Under the pieces are notes generated by a model, which saw nothing but the letters and a program-made list of their open reading frames with translations, had not been told where the DNA came from and ran no database searches. DNA of 52,066 bases from an uncultured Acidobacteriota bacterium (GTDB taxonomy: Bacteria; Acidobacteriota; Thermoanaerobaculia; UBA5066): contig CALAQS010000288.1 of the NCBI GenBank assembly GCA_937888435.1, positions 1 to 52,066 on the forward strand, read 5' to 3'. Below, one piece after another: positions 1 to 9,712 of this stretch; position 1 is the stretch's first letter, and every line of letters begins with the position of its first letter. The translations under genes and the position numbers were made by a program.

Positions 1-101
1 GGAGGCGTGTATCGCGCGCGCGCCAGACCTCGCCCATGCCTCCGGCCCCGAGAGGGCCGAGAATCTCGTACGCCCCAAGGCGCGAGCCGGGTGCGACGCG
101 C

Positions 102-1586
102 ATGACGCTGTCCCCGATTATCTACAATCAGGGTTTCATGTTCGTTCGCTGGACGCACGCCGCTCGTTCACCCCTCTTCGTTTTCGCGGTTCCCGCCTTT
201 CTCGCGGCTCTTTCCACGCAGCCAGCTCTCGGTGCCGGCGCGGACGCATTCGTATTGTGGGAGGCGTGGCCGCACACGGTAGAGGTCTCGCCGATCGCCC
301 TCAAGCACGAGGAGCTGCGCGTCCGGCTCGCCGCGATCGCCGCCCGATACCCCGGGCTTTTTTCGATCGCCGAGGAAGGCGTTTCGGCCGAGGGACGGAA
401 AATTCCCCTGCTCGTCGTCGGCAGCGGCCCCACGACGATTCTCCTCTGGTCGCAAATGCACGGCGACGAGCCCACGGCGACGAGCGCGCTCCTCGACATC
501 CTCGAGTATCTCGGAAGGACGCAAAAGACGCCCGACACGGAGCGACTGGTCTCTCGCCTCACGCTCGCGATCATCCCGATGCTCAATCCGGACGGCGCCG
601 CGCGGACGCGCCGCACGAACGCACAAGGCATCGACGTCAACCGCGACGCGCTGCGCCTTCAGACGCCCGAGGGGCGGTTTCTCAAGTCCGTACGCGACCG
701 GTTGAAACCCTCCGTCGGGTGCAACCTCCACAACCACAGCCCGAACGTGACGGCGGGGAAGCACGGAAGGCAGGTCGCGATCTCGCTTCTTTCCGTTCCG
801 TTCGACGACGCGTTCACCGTGAATGAAGGGCGCCGGACGACCATGCGGATGGCCGTCCTCGTCCAGCAGCTTCTCGAACCGTGGGCGAAGGATCGCGTGG
901 CCCGTTATGACATGGACTACACGGCGCGCGCCTTCGGCGATTCGATGACGCGCTGGGGCACGCCGACGCTCCTCATCGAGTCGGGAGGTTTCTTCGGGCC
1001 CGACGAGGCGAACACGCTCGTGCGCCTCGATTTCGTCGCGATTCTGGGAACGCTTCACGCGCTCGCCGACGGCTCGCTCGCGAAAGTGGATTTCAAAGCG
1101 TACGACGCGATTCCGCTCACCACACGGGACCGCCTTTTCGACGTCCTCGTGCGCAACGCGCGCGTCATCGGAGGTGGCGGCCTTCCGCCTTATCTCGCGG
1201 ACGTGGGCCTGAACGTCGCGTCGGCGCGTCCCGGCTTCTCGGGCTCGTCTCCACGCGGGACGCGCGGAGGCGTCACGGAGGTGGGCGACCTGACGGACTT
1301 CCTCGGCAAGACCGAGATCGATCTCAGCGGCCGGCTTCTCGTCGTCGCCCCGCCGGGCGGCGAGGACGGCTGGAAGAAGGCGCTCGCCAGCCTCGCGGCG
1401 CACGGACTCGCGACGGCGGACGGCTTCCTCACAGTCTCCGAGTCCAACCTCTCCGCGGAAGCGAAGGCGTGGCTCGGCGGCGCCGCGCCCCTCGCGCCCG
1501 GCTACGGCGGGGATTTCCTGGTCCTTGTACCGGCGGGCGCGGGTCGCTTCCGCGTCGAGCGCCGGATTTCGCCCGTCGGGCCCTGA
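102..1586 (+). CDS. Secreted zinc carboxypeptidase, peptidase M14 family
   Basis: ORF 36..1586. M14 zinc and active-site motifs [12 protein letters not shown] (HxxE), IPMLNPDGA and GIDVNRD. Signal-like N-terminus [25 protein letters not shown]. Start is ambiguous: ATG at 36, 102 or 138. Confidence 0.75.
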   Translation: MTLSPIIYNQGFMFVRWTHAARSPLFVFAVPAFLAALSTQPALGAGADAFVLWEAWPHTVEVSPIALKHEELRVRLAAIAARYPGLFSIAEEGVSAEGRKIPLLVVGSGPTTILLWSQMHGDEPTATSALLDILEYLGRTQKTPDTERLVSRLTLAIIPMLNPDGAARTRRTNAQGIDVNRDALRLQTPEGRFLKSVRDRLKPSVGCNLHNHSPNVTAGKHGRQVAISLLSVPFDDAFTVNEGRRTTMRMAVLVQQLLEPWAKDRVARYDMDYTARAFGDSMTRWGTPTLLIESGGFFGPDEANTLVRLDFVAILGTLHALADGSLAKVDFKAYDAIPLTTRDRLFDVLVRNARVIGGGGLPPYLADVGLNVASARPGFSGSSPRGTRGGVTEVGDLTDFLGKTEIDLSGRLLVVAPPGGEDGWKKALASLAAHGLATADGFLTVSESNLSAEAKAWLGGAAPLAPGYGGDFLVLVPAGAGRFRVERRISPVGP

Positions 1587-1600
1587 CGGTTCAGTTGAAC

Positions 1601-2737
1601 ATGCCGACGAGGATCGGCGCGATGTTAGGCTTGTGCGTGTCCCGGCGTATCCCCCTTCTCGCGGCTCTCCTCGCGGTGTTCGCGCTGGTTATCGCCTGGG
1701 GGCCGTTCCTCTCGCACATGGATGTCGTCGTGCGCCACTTCGACGGCCCGAACTATCTCGTCGTCGCGAAAACGCTTTACGTGCCCACGGCGGTCAACCC
1801 TCTCCCGGGTTACGCACTGAGGCCTTCCTATTTCGCGGCGCACACGCCGCTCTATCCCCTAGTTCTGCGGGCGTGCTCGCTCTTCGGCGGCTGGAAGGCG
1901 GGCCTCTTCCTCGCGACGGCGCTTCTGGCCGCCGCTTCGGCCTCGGCGTTCGCCGTCTACGCGAAAGATGCCGCTCCCGACGTTCCGACCCTCGTCGCGG
2001 TCCTCGCGTTTCTCTTCCTGCCCGCGCGGATGTTTCTGTACCGCGCGCTCGGGGCGAGCGAAGCACTCATGTCGCTCCTCGTCGTCCTCGCGGTTCTGGC
2101 GTGGCGCCGGGGTCGCGTGGACTGGGCGCTCTTCGCGGCGGCTCTCGCGACCGTCACACGCCTGAACGGCATCCTCGTGGTCGGCGTTCTCTGCCTCGCG
2201 CTCCTTTTCTCGGGCCGCGTGAAGACCGCGCTTTTCGGCGGCGCGCTGGCGGCCGTGCCGCTCCTCCTGCTCCTTTCGTGGCACCGGTTTCTCTTCGGCG
2301 ACTTCTTTGCGCTCCGCCTCGGCCGAGAAGTCGCCGACAGCCCGGGCCGCTTGTGTCTCCCGTTTGCGTTCATCGGCGAGATGGCCACCCGAAATGACTG
2401 GGAGACGGCGGAAATGCTGCTGGGTCTGCACCTGTTCTTCATCCTGTGCGCGGCGCGGCTCTTCGCGAAGGGAGACCGGCTCGAGGCGGGTCTCATCGCG
2501 GCGCACGTGGCGCTGTTTTCACTCCTCCGGGAACGCGACCTCGCCCGGTACTACCTGACGGTCGCCCCCTTCGCCGTCGTCGTCGCGTGGCGCGACGTCT
2601 GGAGCCGGCCGCGCCTCGCCGCGGCTGTTCTCGCCGTCCTCGCACCCCTCTCAGTCTTCTACGCGTGGAAGACGATTCCGATGAACCTGTGCAGCGAGCC
2701 TGCCTACCGCGCGCTGCTCTCGTTCCTCGCCTCCTGA
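1601..2737 (+). CDS. Polytopic membrane protein, GT-C-type glycosyltransferase-like (PIG-V/DUF2029-like)
   Basis: ORF 1469..2737 trimmed to ATG 1601, 14 nt after the upstream stop. About 10 hydrophobic helices. The first-loop motif HFDGPNYLVVAKTLY resembles the (W/F)DxxxYLxIAxxGY loop of PIG-V/DUF2029-type mannosyltransferases. Family call is by eye only. Confidence 0.4.
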   Translation: MPTRIGAMLGLCVSRRIPLLAALLAVFALVIAWGPFLSHMDVVVRHFDGPNYLVVAKTLYVPTAVNPLPGYALRPSYFAAHTPLYPLVLRACSLFGGWKAGLFLATALLAAASASAFAVYAKDAAPDVPTLVAVLAFLFLPARMFLYRALGASEALMSLLVVLAVLAWRRGRVDWALFAAALATVTRLNGILVVGVLCLALLFSGRVKTALFGGALAAVPLLLLLSWHRFLFGDFFALRLGREVADSPGRLCLPFAFIGEMATRNDWETAEMLLGLHLFFILCAARLFAKGDRLEAGLIAAHVALFSLLRERDLARYYLTVAPFAVVVAWRDVWSRPRLAAAVLAVLAPLSVFYAWKTIPMNLCSEPAYRALLSFLAS

Positions 2738-2771
2738 CGCGACCTCAGGCTGCGCAAAAGGCGTCCTCTCG

Positions 2772-3257
2772 TCAGCTCCCGATGAGGGTCGGCGCACGCG
2801 ACGCGGCGCTGGCTTTCGCCGGGGCGCGGTCGCAATAGCGCGCCCAGATCGTCGCGGCCGCCAGCAGGATCACGCCCACGGTCGTCACGAGGAACACGGC
2901 GACCGGGCGCGCCTTGCGCACGGGCGCGATGGAGAGCGAGGAGATGAGGCGCTCGGCGCTCGTCGTCTCGCGTGACTCGATTTCGAAGACGGCGTCGACC
3001 TCCCCGAAGCGCACGGCCGCCCCCGTGACGAGCGGCGCCTCCCGAACGCGCGCGCCGTCCACGCTCGTCCCGTTCGCGCTGCCGAGGTCGCGCACGACCC
3101 AGCCGTTCGGCGTCTTTTCCACGAGGGCATGGCGGCGCGAGACCGAGCGGCTCGCGAGGGGGATGTCGCAGTCCAGGTCGCGCCCGACGACTGCCTGCTG
3201 CTCGAAAACGTATCGCCGCGCCACACCCTCGTCGCGAACGGTCAAGACACCCGGCAT
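2772..3257 (-). CDS. FHA-domain protein with C-terminal transmembrane anchor
   Basis: N-terminal FHA signature VVGRDLDCDIPLASRSVSRRHALVEKTPNGWVVRDLGSANGTSVDG. C-terminal helix VAVFLVTTVGVILLAAATIWA. ATG at 3257. Confidence 0.8.
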   Translation of the reverse strand: MPGVLTVRDEGVARRYVFEQQAVVGRDLDCDIPLASRSVSRRHALVEKTPNGWVVRDLGSANGTSVDGARVREAPLVTGAAVRFGEVDAVFEIESRETTSAERLISSLSIAPVRKARPVAVFLVTTVGVILLAAATIWARYCDRAPAKASAASRAPTLIGS

Positions 3258-3281
3258 GGATCCTCTTCTCCTCCGGGAATC

Positions 3282-4655
3282 TTATGCCGGCCGGGGGACG
3301 GTGGGCGAATCGTCCTCGGCGACGGGAGGGCCGAGAACGAACGCGACGTCTCCGACGTTCGTGCCGGTCGGCCCGGGGGAGAACGCGTCGCCGAGCGCCC
3401 GAAAGAACGGGCCGGTGTCGTTGTCGAGGAGAGCGCGCGCGGGATCGAGTCCCAGCGCCTCGGCGCGCGCGAGCGTCGTGCCGTCGACGAAGGCGCCGGC
3501 GGCGTCCGGCTCGTGGTCGACGCCGCCCGTCCCCGCGCAGAGCATCGCGATGCCGGGAGCCTCCGCCATCTCGCGGGCAGCGGCGAGCGCGACCTCGCGG
3601 TTTCGGCCGCCGTGGCCGTGACCCTTCACCGTGACGGTCGTCTCGCCTCCGAGGATCGTCACGTGGCGTCTCGGCGCGAGCGCAGACCTCTGGCGTCTAA
3701 GGTCTCCTGCGGTCGCGCCCGCGAACGCGAGACGCCGGCCCGTGACGCGTGCCTCGCCGGAGAGAAGCTCGTGCACGACGCGCGGCTCGATGCCGAGGCG
3801 CAGCGCCTCGACGCGCGCTCCCTCAAGCGCCGTGTGCACGTCCGCGAGGAGCACGCTCCAGCGCGGGCCGCCCGGCCGCGCCACCGCCGGCTCGAAGCCG
3901 TACGTGAGGTGTGCGCGCACGGACGGAGGCACGAGCGCGGCGATCCGGTACCGGTCGAGCACGGCGCGCGCCTCGGAGGGGCGTGTCGGTGAGCCCAGCG
4001 TGGGGCCCGAAGCCACGAGATACCATCCGGCGTCGCCGAGGTCGGAAAGCACGAGCGTCACGACGTCGGCGCTGCCCGCGGCCGCTGCGAGACGCCCGCC
4101 CTTGACGCGCGACAGCGCGGCGCGCACGGCGTTCACGTCGACGATTGGCGCGCCCGCCGCCAGAAGCAGCGTCCCCGTCTTCGACTTGTCCTCGAGCGAG
4201 ATTCCCGGCGCGGGCGCGCACAGGAGGCTCGAGCCGCCTCCCGAGAGGAGGACGACGAAGAGATCGCCCTTGCCGAGCGAGAGAGCGAGCGAAAGGGCCG
4301 CCTCGCCGGCGACGAGGCTGCCCTCGTCGGGAAGAGGATGACGCGCCGCGACCGTGCGCGTCGAGGGAGGCAGGGTGCGGAAGGGAGCGTCATCGGGCGC
4401 GACGACGAGCATCTCGTCGATGCGCGAGCCCAGCGTCGTGTGCGCGGCGGCGGCCATCGGGACCGCCGCCTTGCCTACGGCCAGCACCGCGACGCGCGAG
4501 GGAGCGAAGACGAACTCGCGCCGCGCGCGCGACGACACGGAGCGGACGAAGACCCCGGCCCCGCGGCGCCCGAGCGCCTCGGAAACGAGGGCCGCCGGAT
4601 CGACGGTCGCGACCGCAGCGCGATAAAGCTGTATGAGAATTTCGCGCGCGTCCAC
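3282..4655 (-). CDS. Glycerate 2-kinase / hydroxypyruvate reductase-type protein (DUF4147 + MOFRL)
   Basis: 457 aa with a GTG start. Motifs GKAAVPMA, LLSGGGSSLL and GGETTVTVKGHGHGGRNRE are typical of the TtuD/MOFRL glycerate kinase family. Confidence 0.75.
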   Translation of the reverse strand: MDAREILIQLYRAAVATVDPAALVSEALGRRGAGVFVRSVSSRARREFVFAPSRVAVLAVGKAAVPMAAAAHTTLGSRIDEMLVVAPDDAPFRTLPPSTRTVAARHPLPDEGSLVAGEAALSLALSLGKGDLFVVLLSGGGSSLLCAPAPGISLEDKSKTGTLLLAAGAPIVDVNAVRAALSRVKGGRLAAAAGSADVVTLVLSDLGDAGWYLVASGPTLGSPTRPSEARAVLDRYRIAALVPPSVRAHLTYGFEPAVARPGGPRWSVLLADVHTALEGARVEALRLGIEPRVVHELLSGEARVTGRRLAFAGATAGDLRRQRSALAPRRHVTILGGETTVTVKGHGHGGRNREVALAAAREMAEAPGIAMLCAGTGGVDHEPDAAGAFVDGTTLARAEALGLDPARALLDNDTGPFFRALGDAFSPGPTGTNVGDVAFVLGPPVAEDDSPTVPRPA

Positions 4656-4733
4656 GAGCGGCGCAGTCTATCGGAGGCGCTTTACGGGAGTAAGATCGGT
4701 CCGGCCGCGTCCGGCGGCGCAGGGAGACTCAAC

Positions 4734-5009
4734 ATGGCACGTACACGGGTTGGCGACATCCTCGGGTCGATGCGCGAAAGCCTCTCCGATGCCGGCGAGA
4801 GGGGACAGGACCTCGCAAGGGACGTAGCGGAGCGCGTGGAAGACGTCCTCGACGAAGCCGGCGTTCAGGGAAAGCGCATTCGCAAGGAGCTCGCGCACCG
4901 GTGGAAGGCGGTCGACCGGGTCGGCCGCGAGAACGCTTTCGTCATGGCGATCGCCGCGCTCGGAGTCGGCATCGTCGTCGGCTACCTCCTGTCGCGCGAC
5001 GACGACTGA
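4734..5009 (+). CDS. Small membrane-anchored stress protein, DUF883 (ElaB/YqjD/YgaM-like)
   Basis: ORF 4338..5009 trimmed to ATG 4734, with GGGAG 7 nt upstream. 91 aa: a charged helical N-part plus the C-terminal TM helix AFVMAIAALGVGIVVGYLL. The upstream part of the ORF overlaps the glycerate kinase gene antisense. Confidence 0.55.
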   Translation: MARTRVGDILGSMRESLSDAGERGQDLARDVAERVEDVLDEAGVQGKRIRKELAHRWKAVDRVGRENAFVMAIAALGVGIVVGYLLSRDDD

Positions 5010-5085
5010 ACCGACGTTTCTCGAGCTAGCGCGCCGCGGGCTCCGCCCGCGACCAGAGAGGGGCGCGCTAGCAGCTGCGAGAAAT

Positions 5086-5110
5086 GGGGGAAACACGGTC
5101 GTGTTCCCCC
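5086..5110. terminator. GC-rich stem-loop between convergent genes (candidate bidirectional terminator)
   Basis: GGGGGAAACAC-GGTC-GTGTTCCCCC: a 10-bp stem with one bulged A and a 4-nt loop. It lies about 60 nt past the ferredoxin stop and about 75 nt past the DUF883 stop. Only a weak T-tract is present, on the minus strand (CATTTCTC). Confidence 0.4.
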
Positions 5111-5171
5111 CCGCCCCCCTTCACCGCTCGAGGAACGCCGGTTCGCGGGCGAGGATTACTCAGACGGGCTC

Positions 5172-5432
5172 CTAGGCGTAGTGGTCCGCGTTGATCTTCA
5201 GGTAGTGCGCCCACTTCTCCGGGATGGTCTCTTCCGTGAAGATGGCCTTTACGGGGCAGACGGGCTCGCAGTTGCCGCACTGGATGCACGTGTTCGGGTC
5301 GATGTAGAGCATCGTCGCCTCGGCGAACCCGTCCTCGTCCTTCTTCGGGTGGATGCAGTCGACGGGACAGACCTCGACGCAGGCGGTGTCCTTCGTTCCG
5401 ATGCACGGCTCGGCGATGATGTACATGCCCAT
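5172..5432 (-). CDS. fdxA: 7Fe ferredoxin ([3Fe-4S][4Fe-4S])
   Basis: 86 aa. Cluster motifs CIGTKDTACVEVCPVDCIH and CIQCGNCEPVCPVKAI. Strong RBS GGAGGAGG 9 nt upstream of the ATG. Confidence 0.9.
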   Translation of the reverse strand: MGMYIIAEPCIGTKDTACVEVCPVDCIHPKKDEDGFAEATMLYIDPNTCIQCGNCEPVCPVKAIFTEETIPEKWAHYLKINADHYA

Positions 5433-5545
5433 GCTGCGGATCCTCCTCCGGCCCGGAAAGTCTACTCGACCGCACAGCGCAGGGAAACGCGGTTGACGTC
5501 CCCCGGCCGCCCCGTGAAGATGCGCTCCGGAGATACACGAAAACC

Positions 5546-6799
5546 GTGGGCCTTTCCGAGCGCCTCCGCGTCCTCAGGACGGGGTTCACGCGCACCTTCT
5601 GGGTGGCGAACACCCTCGAGCTGTTCGAGCGGTTCGCGTTCTACGGCAGCAAGGCCGTCCTCGCCGTCTATCTGAACCGTGCCGTGGGGCTCGGGACGGC
5701 CGGGAACGACCTCGTCGGCGTCTACGGGGGCCTCGTGTTCGGGCTTCCGATCCTGGCGGGCGTCGTCGTCGACCGCTTCGGCTTCAAGAGAAGTCTCCTC
5801 GCGTGCTTCACGATCTTCTGCGCCGGATACACGCTCATCGGCCTCGCGGGGCTGCCCGCGGGGCAGCCCTTCGTCGACGCCCTCGGGAAGAAAGCGTTCG
5901 TCGTGCTCGCGCTGGTCGTGACCGCGATCGGCGGCTCGCTCATCAAGCCCTGCATCGTCGGTACGGTCGCGCGTACGACGAACGAAGAGACGAAGGGCCT
6001 CGGCTATTCGATCTACTACACGCTCGTGAACATCGGCGGATTCCTCGGGCCGATCCTGGCCGGCGAGGTGAGGACGCGCCTCGGGATCGCCGAGGTACTC
6101 GTCATGTCGGCGGCCGTGGCCGGGCTCCTCGTCCTCGGGACGCTCCTCTTCTATCGCGAGCCCGCGGGAGAGCGCGAGGGCCGAACGTTCGGCCGGGTCT
6201 TCTCGGACGCCGTTTTCGTCTTTCGGAACGCGCGCTTCATCACGTTCCTCGTCATTTTCTCGGGCTTCTGGATCATGTTCTGGCAGATCTTCTATGCGCT
6301 CCCGTTCTACGTGACGGACGTCCTGAAGATCGGCCGGTTCGAGCTGCTCGAGACGGTCGACGCCCTTGGGATCATTTTCTTCACGGTTCCGGTGACGGCG
6401 CTCATGAAGAAGCTCCGCCCCATCCGCGCGATGGCCGGCGGCTTCGCGGTCGCGAGCGCGTCGTGGCTCGTCATCGCGTTCAGCCAGAGCTGGCAGGGCG
6501 TCGTCGTGGCGATGCTCCTGTTCGCGCTGGGCGAGTCCATGCAGGCGCCGCGCTTTTACGAGTACGTCGCGGACCTCGCGCCTAAGGAGCAGACCGGCAC
6601 GTTCATGGGCTTCGCTTTTCTGCCCGTCGCGATCGGCGCCTTCGTGGGGGGACGGCTCTCGGGCTATCTCGTCGAGCACTACATCAAGGGGGGAAACCCC
6701 GCGGGCATGTGGATCCTGCTCTCGGCGATCGGTTTCGGCACGACGATCCTCATGCTCCTCTACGACCGGATCTTCACGCTCCGGAGGGCGGCCGCCTGA
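5546..6799 (+). CDS. MFS transporter, proton-dependent oligopeptide transporter (POT/PTR2) family
   Basis: 417 aa with a GTG start. The N-terminal motif ELFERFAFYGSKAVLAVYL matches the POT signature (ExxERFxYYG-like). About 12 TM helices. Confidence 0.75.
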   Translation: MGLSERLRVLRTGFTRTFWVANTLELFERFAFYGSKAVLAVYLNRAVGLGTAGNDLVGVYGGLVFGLPILAGVVVDRFGFKRSLLACFTIFCAGYTLIGLAGLPAGQPFVDALGKKAFVVLALVVTAIGGSLIKPCIVGTVARTTNEETKGLGYSIYYTLVNIGGFLGPILAGEVRTRLGIAEVLVMSAAVAGLLVLGTLLFYREPAGEREGRTFGRVFSDAVFVFRNARFITFLVIFSGFWIMFWQIFYALPFYVTDVLKIGRFELLETVDALGIIFFTVPVTALMKKLRPIRAMAGGFAVASASWLVIAFSQSWQGVVVAMLLFALGESMQAPRFYEYVADLAPKEQTGTFMGFAFLPVAIGAFVGGRLSGYLVEHYIKGGNPAGMWILLSAIGFGTTILMLLYDRIFTLRRAAA

Positions 6800-6814
6800 C
6801 GCGGCCCTGACGAC

Positions 6815-9694
6815 GTGATCCTGCTTGCGCTCCTTTTGGGACTCGCGGCGCTCGCCTTCGGCGCGTGGCTGCGTGAACGCGTCGCGCGCGACGCGGAGCG
6901 GGTCGCGCTGCTGGAATGGGAAGTCAAGTCTCTCAGAGAAGACGTCCGGAAGATCTCTGCTCCCTCTCGGCCCGTAACACCTATTACGTCGCCTGCGGTC
7001 GATGCGCAGACCCAGGCCGCCCCGCCGGTCGCCTTCGCTCCTCCGGTCATTCACCCTTCTAAGCAAACCACCGATGCCGCTGCTCCTGCCGCGCCTCCTG
7101 GCGCAGCCGCTTCGATGCGAGAGGGAGCAGAAAAACCCCCGGTTGACTGGGAAAACTTCGTCGGCGTGAAGCTCTTCTCGTGGGTCGCCGGAGTCTTCCT
7201 GACGATCGGCGCGGTCCTTTTCCTGCGCTACTCGATCGACCACGGGTGGCTGTCGCCGCCGGTGCAGATGGCGATCGGCCTTCTCGCGGGGATCGGCCTT
7301 CTCGTCGCCTGCGAGCTCGAGGCCGCGCGCCGTTACGCCGTCACCGCGAACGCGCTCGGCGCGGCGGGCCTCGCGATTCTCTTCGCCACGGTGTTCGCCG
7401 GGCATGCCCGGTGGAACCTCGTCGGCGTCGTCCCCGCCTTCCTCCTGATGGCGGTCGTCGCGGCGCTCGCCGTCGTGCTCGCGCTGAGGCGCGACTCCCT
7501 GTTCATCGCGGCGCTCGGGCTCCTCGGCGGCTTCGCGACGCCCGCGCTCCTGTCGACGGGACAAGACCGCCCGATCGAACTCTTCTCGTACCTCCTACTC
7601 CTCAATGCGGGGCTCGCCTGGGTGGCGCTCCGAAAACGGTGGGCGCTTCTCTCGGTTGCGAGCCTGGTCCTGACGACGTGCTACCAGTGGGGCTGGGTAG
7701 CCCGCTTCCTCGCGGGCGAGAACCTGGGCCTCGCGGCCGGGATCTTCCTCGTGTTTCCGCTCGTCTTCGCCGCAGGGCCGGCGCTCGCGAGCCGCGAGCC
7801 GGGCGCGGGCGGGGACGTTTTCGGAAGGACAGCGGCCGTCGCGGCGGCGCTGCCCTCGCTCTTCGCGCTCTACGTCGCGGGCGTCGGCGCGTATGGAGAG
7901 CACTGGGGGCTCCTTTTCGGCTTCCTCGCCCTTCTCGACGCCGGGCTCTTCGCGCTCGCCGTGTTCCGCGGGCCGGCTCTCCTGCATGCCGTCGGCGGGA
8001 TCGCGACGCTAGCCGTCCTCGGCGCGTGGTTCGTGAAGTCGATGACGCCGGACCTCATGGAACCGGGGCTGACCGCGGCCGTGGGGTTCTCGCTTTTCTA
8101 CCTCTTCGCGCCCGCGCTCGCCGGGCGCCTGAGGGAGAATGCGCCGCTCGCGCCGCAACTGGCGGCACTTGGTCTTCTCGGGCACGTCCTGCTGCTCTTC
8201 GTCGCGACACAAAAAAACCTGTCTCTACCACCTGACCCGCGAGCCGCGAGCGCCCTGGCGCTCGTCACCGTCGCCGCGGGCTTCGCGGCACGGCGCGGTG
8301 GGGCGTCGGAGGTGCACGCGGGCGCTCTCGCGCTCGGCCAAGGCGCCGTCATCGCGTTCGCCCTCGTCGCGACGCGCGCGCCCTGGCCCACGGCCGCGGT
8401 CGCGGCGGCGGTCGCGGTGGCACTCTGGGGCGTCGGGGCCTGGGTCCTGGACAGCCGGCGCGAGTTCGCGCGCGCGGCGGTCGTCGGTCTCGTGCTCGCC
8501 GAGGCCGCGGCGATCACGACGTCGCTCGCGTCCGGCGCGCCGAATGTCACCGTCCATCTCACCGCGCTCACGCTCTTCCTTGTCGCCCTCTTCGCGGTGG
8601 CGGCCGCGTCCGAAATTCCGAACGTGTCTCTCCTCGGGGGAGCGCTGGCGGTCCTGGCCGCTTACGTCTGGCGGCTCGGGCCGCCGCGCCACGACCGCTG
8701 GGATCAGGCGCTCATCCTCGGCGCGGGCATCTGGATCGTCTGCCTGGTCCACCCCATCGTCCTCGGCAGGCGTGCCGCGCGCTCGTCGGAGCCGTATCTC
8801 CTCGCGGTTTTCGTGAGCGTCGCCCTTTTCCCGCTGTTTCGCGTCGCGCTCGAGGACGGCGGCGGCTTCGACCGCGTCATCGGCCTCCTTCCGCTCGCTC
8901 TCGCGCTCGGGTTGGCGGCGCTCCTCGCGCGCCTCCTGACGCTCGGCGTGCCGCCCGAAGAGAATCGCGGCCGGCTCGCTCTCGTCGCCGGGGTTGCGCT
9001 CGCCTTCGTGACCGTCGCGATCCCGCTCCAGTTCGAGCGCGAGTGGCTGACGCTGGGCTGGGCGCTCCTCGGCGCGGCCCTCGCGTGGCTGTGGGGGCGT
9101 ATCCCGCACCGCGCGCTCGTCCCCTGGTCGCTGGCGCTCTTCGGAGCCGCCTTCGTGCGCCTCGCGTTCAACCCCGCCGTCCTGGCCTATCACCCGCGCA
9201 CGCCGACGCCGGTCTGGAACTGGTACCTCGCGGTCTACACCGCCGCGGCCGCGGCGTTCTTCATTGGGTTCGCACTCTTTCGCCGGACGGAATCTGTTCC
9301 GTACGGCGGGGCCGTCCGCCTCCTGCCCGCAGGCGGGGCAGCGCTCCTTTTCGTCCTCCTGAACCTCGAGATCGCCGACTTTTTCGCCGAGGGCAGGGCG
9401 CCTTCGTTCAACGTCCTCTCGCCGTCCCTGTCCGAGGGGCTCGCGTACACGCTTTCGTGGGCGCTCTTCGCGATCGCGCTTCTCGTCGCGGGCCTTCTCG
9501 TCAAGAGCCGCCCGGCCCGCATCGCGGCGCTCGTCCTCCTCGTGGTCACGATCCTGAAGTGCTTCCTCTTCGACCTCGCGCAGCTCGGCGGCCTTTACCG
9601 GGTCGCGTCGTTCGTCGGCCTCGCGGCGTGCCTGGCGGCGGTCGCGCTCCTACTCCAGCGCTTCGTCCTCGCGCGGAGCGACCCGGAGCCCTGA
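6815..9694 (+). CDS. Giant polytopic membrane protein, DUF2339-like
   Basis: 959 aa with a GTG start. It has an N-terminal TM helix plus a short coiled segment, then a Pro/Ala-rich linker, then DWENFVGVKLFSWVAGVFLTIGAVLFLRYSIDHGW followed by more than 20 hydrophobic helices. This is the DUF2339 layout. Confidence 0.6.
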   Translation: MILLALLLGLAALAFGAWLRERVARDAERVALLEWEVKSLREDVRKISAPSRPVTPITSPAVDAQTQAAPPVAFAPPVIHPSKQTTDAAAPAAPPGAAASMREGAEKPPVDWENFVGVKLFSWVAGVFLTIGAVLFLRYSIDHGWLSPPVQMAIGLLAGIGLLVACELEAARRYAVTANALGAAGLAILFATVFAGHARWNLVGVVPAFLLMAVVAALAVVLALRRDSLFIAALGLLGGFATPALLSTGQDRPIELFSYLLLLNAGLAWVALRKRWALLSVASLVLTTCYQWGWVARFLAGENLGLAAGIFLVFPLVFAAGPALASREPGAGGDVFGRTAAVAAALPSLFALYVAGVGAYGEHWGLLFGFLALLDAGLFALAVFRGPALLHAVGGIATLAVLGAWFVKSMTPDLMEPGLTAAVGFSLFYLFAPALAGRLRENAPLAPQLAALGLLGHVLLLFVATQKNLSLPPDPRAASALALVTVAAGFAARRGGASEVHAGALALGQGAVIAFALVATRAPWPTAAVAAAVAVALWGVGAWVLDSRREFARAAVVGLVLAEAAAITTSLASGAPNVTVHLTALTLFLVALFAVAAASEIPNVSLLGGALAVLAAYVWRLGPPRHDRWDQALILGAGIWIVCLVHPIVLGRRAARSSEPYLLAVFVSVALFPLFRVALEDGGGFDRVIGLLPLALALGLAALLARLLTLGVPPEENRGRLALVAGVALAFVTVAIPLQFEREWLTLGWALLGAALAWLWGRIPHRALVPWSLALFGAAFVRLAFNPAVLAYHPRTPTPVWNWYLAVYTAAAAAFFIGFALFRRTESVPYGGAVRLLPAGGAALLFVLLNLEIADFFAEGRAPSFNVLSPSLSEGLAYTLSWALFAIALLVAGLLVKSRPARIAALVLLVVTILKCFLFDLAQLGGLYRVASFVGLAACLAAVALLLQRFVLARSDPEP

Positions 9695-9712
9695 ACAGCC
9701 TCTTTTGTCCGA

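Noticed and set aside
5493-5521. TTGACG-17 nt-GAAGAT as a promoter for the POT transporter
   Set aside because: The -35 is good but the -10 is poor, and nothing corroborates it. I left it out of the feature list.
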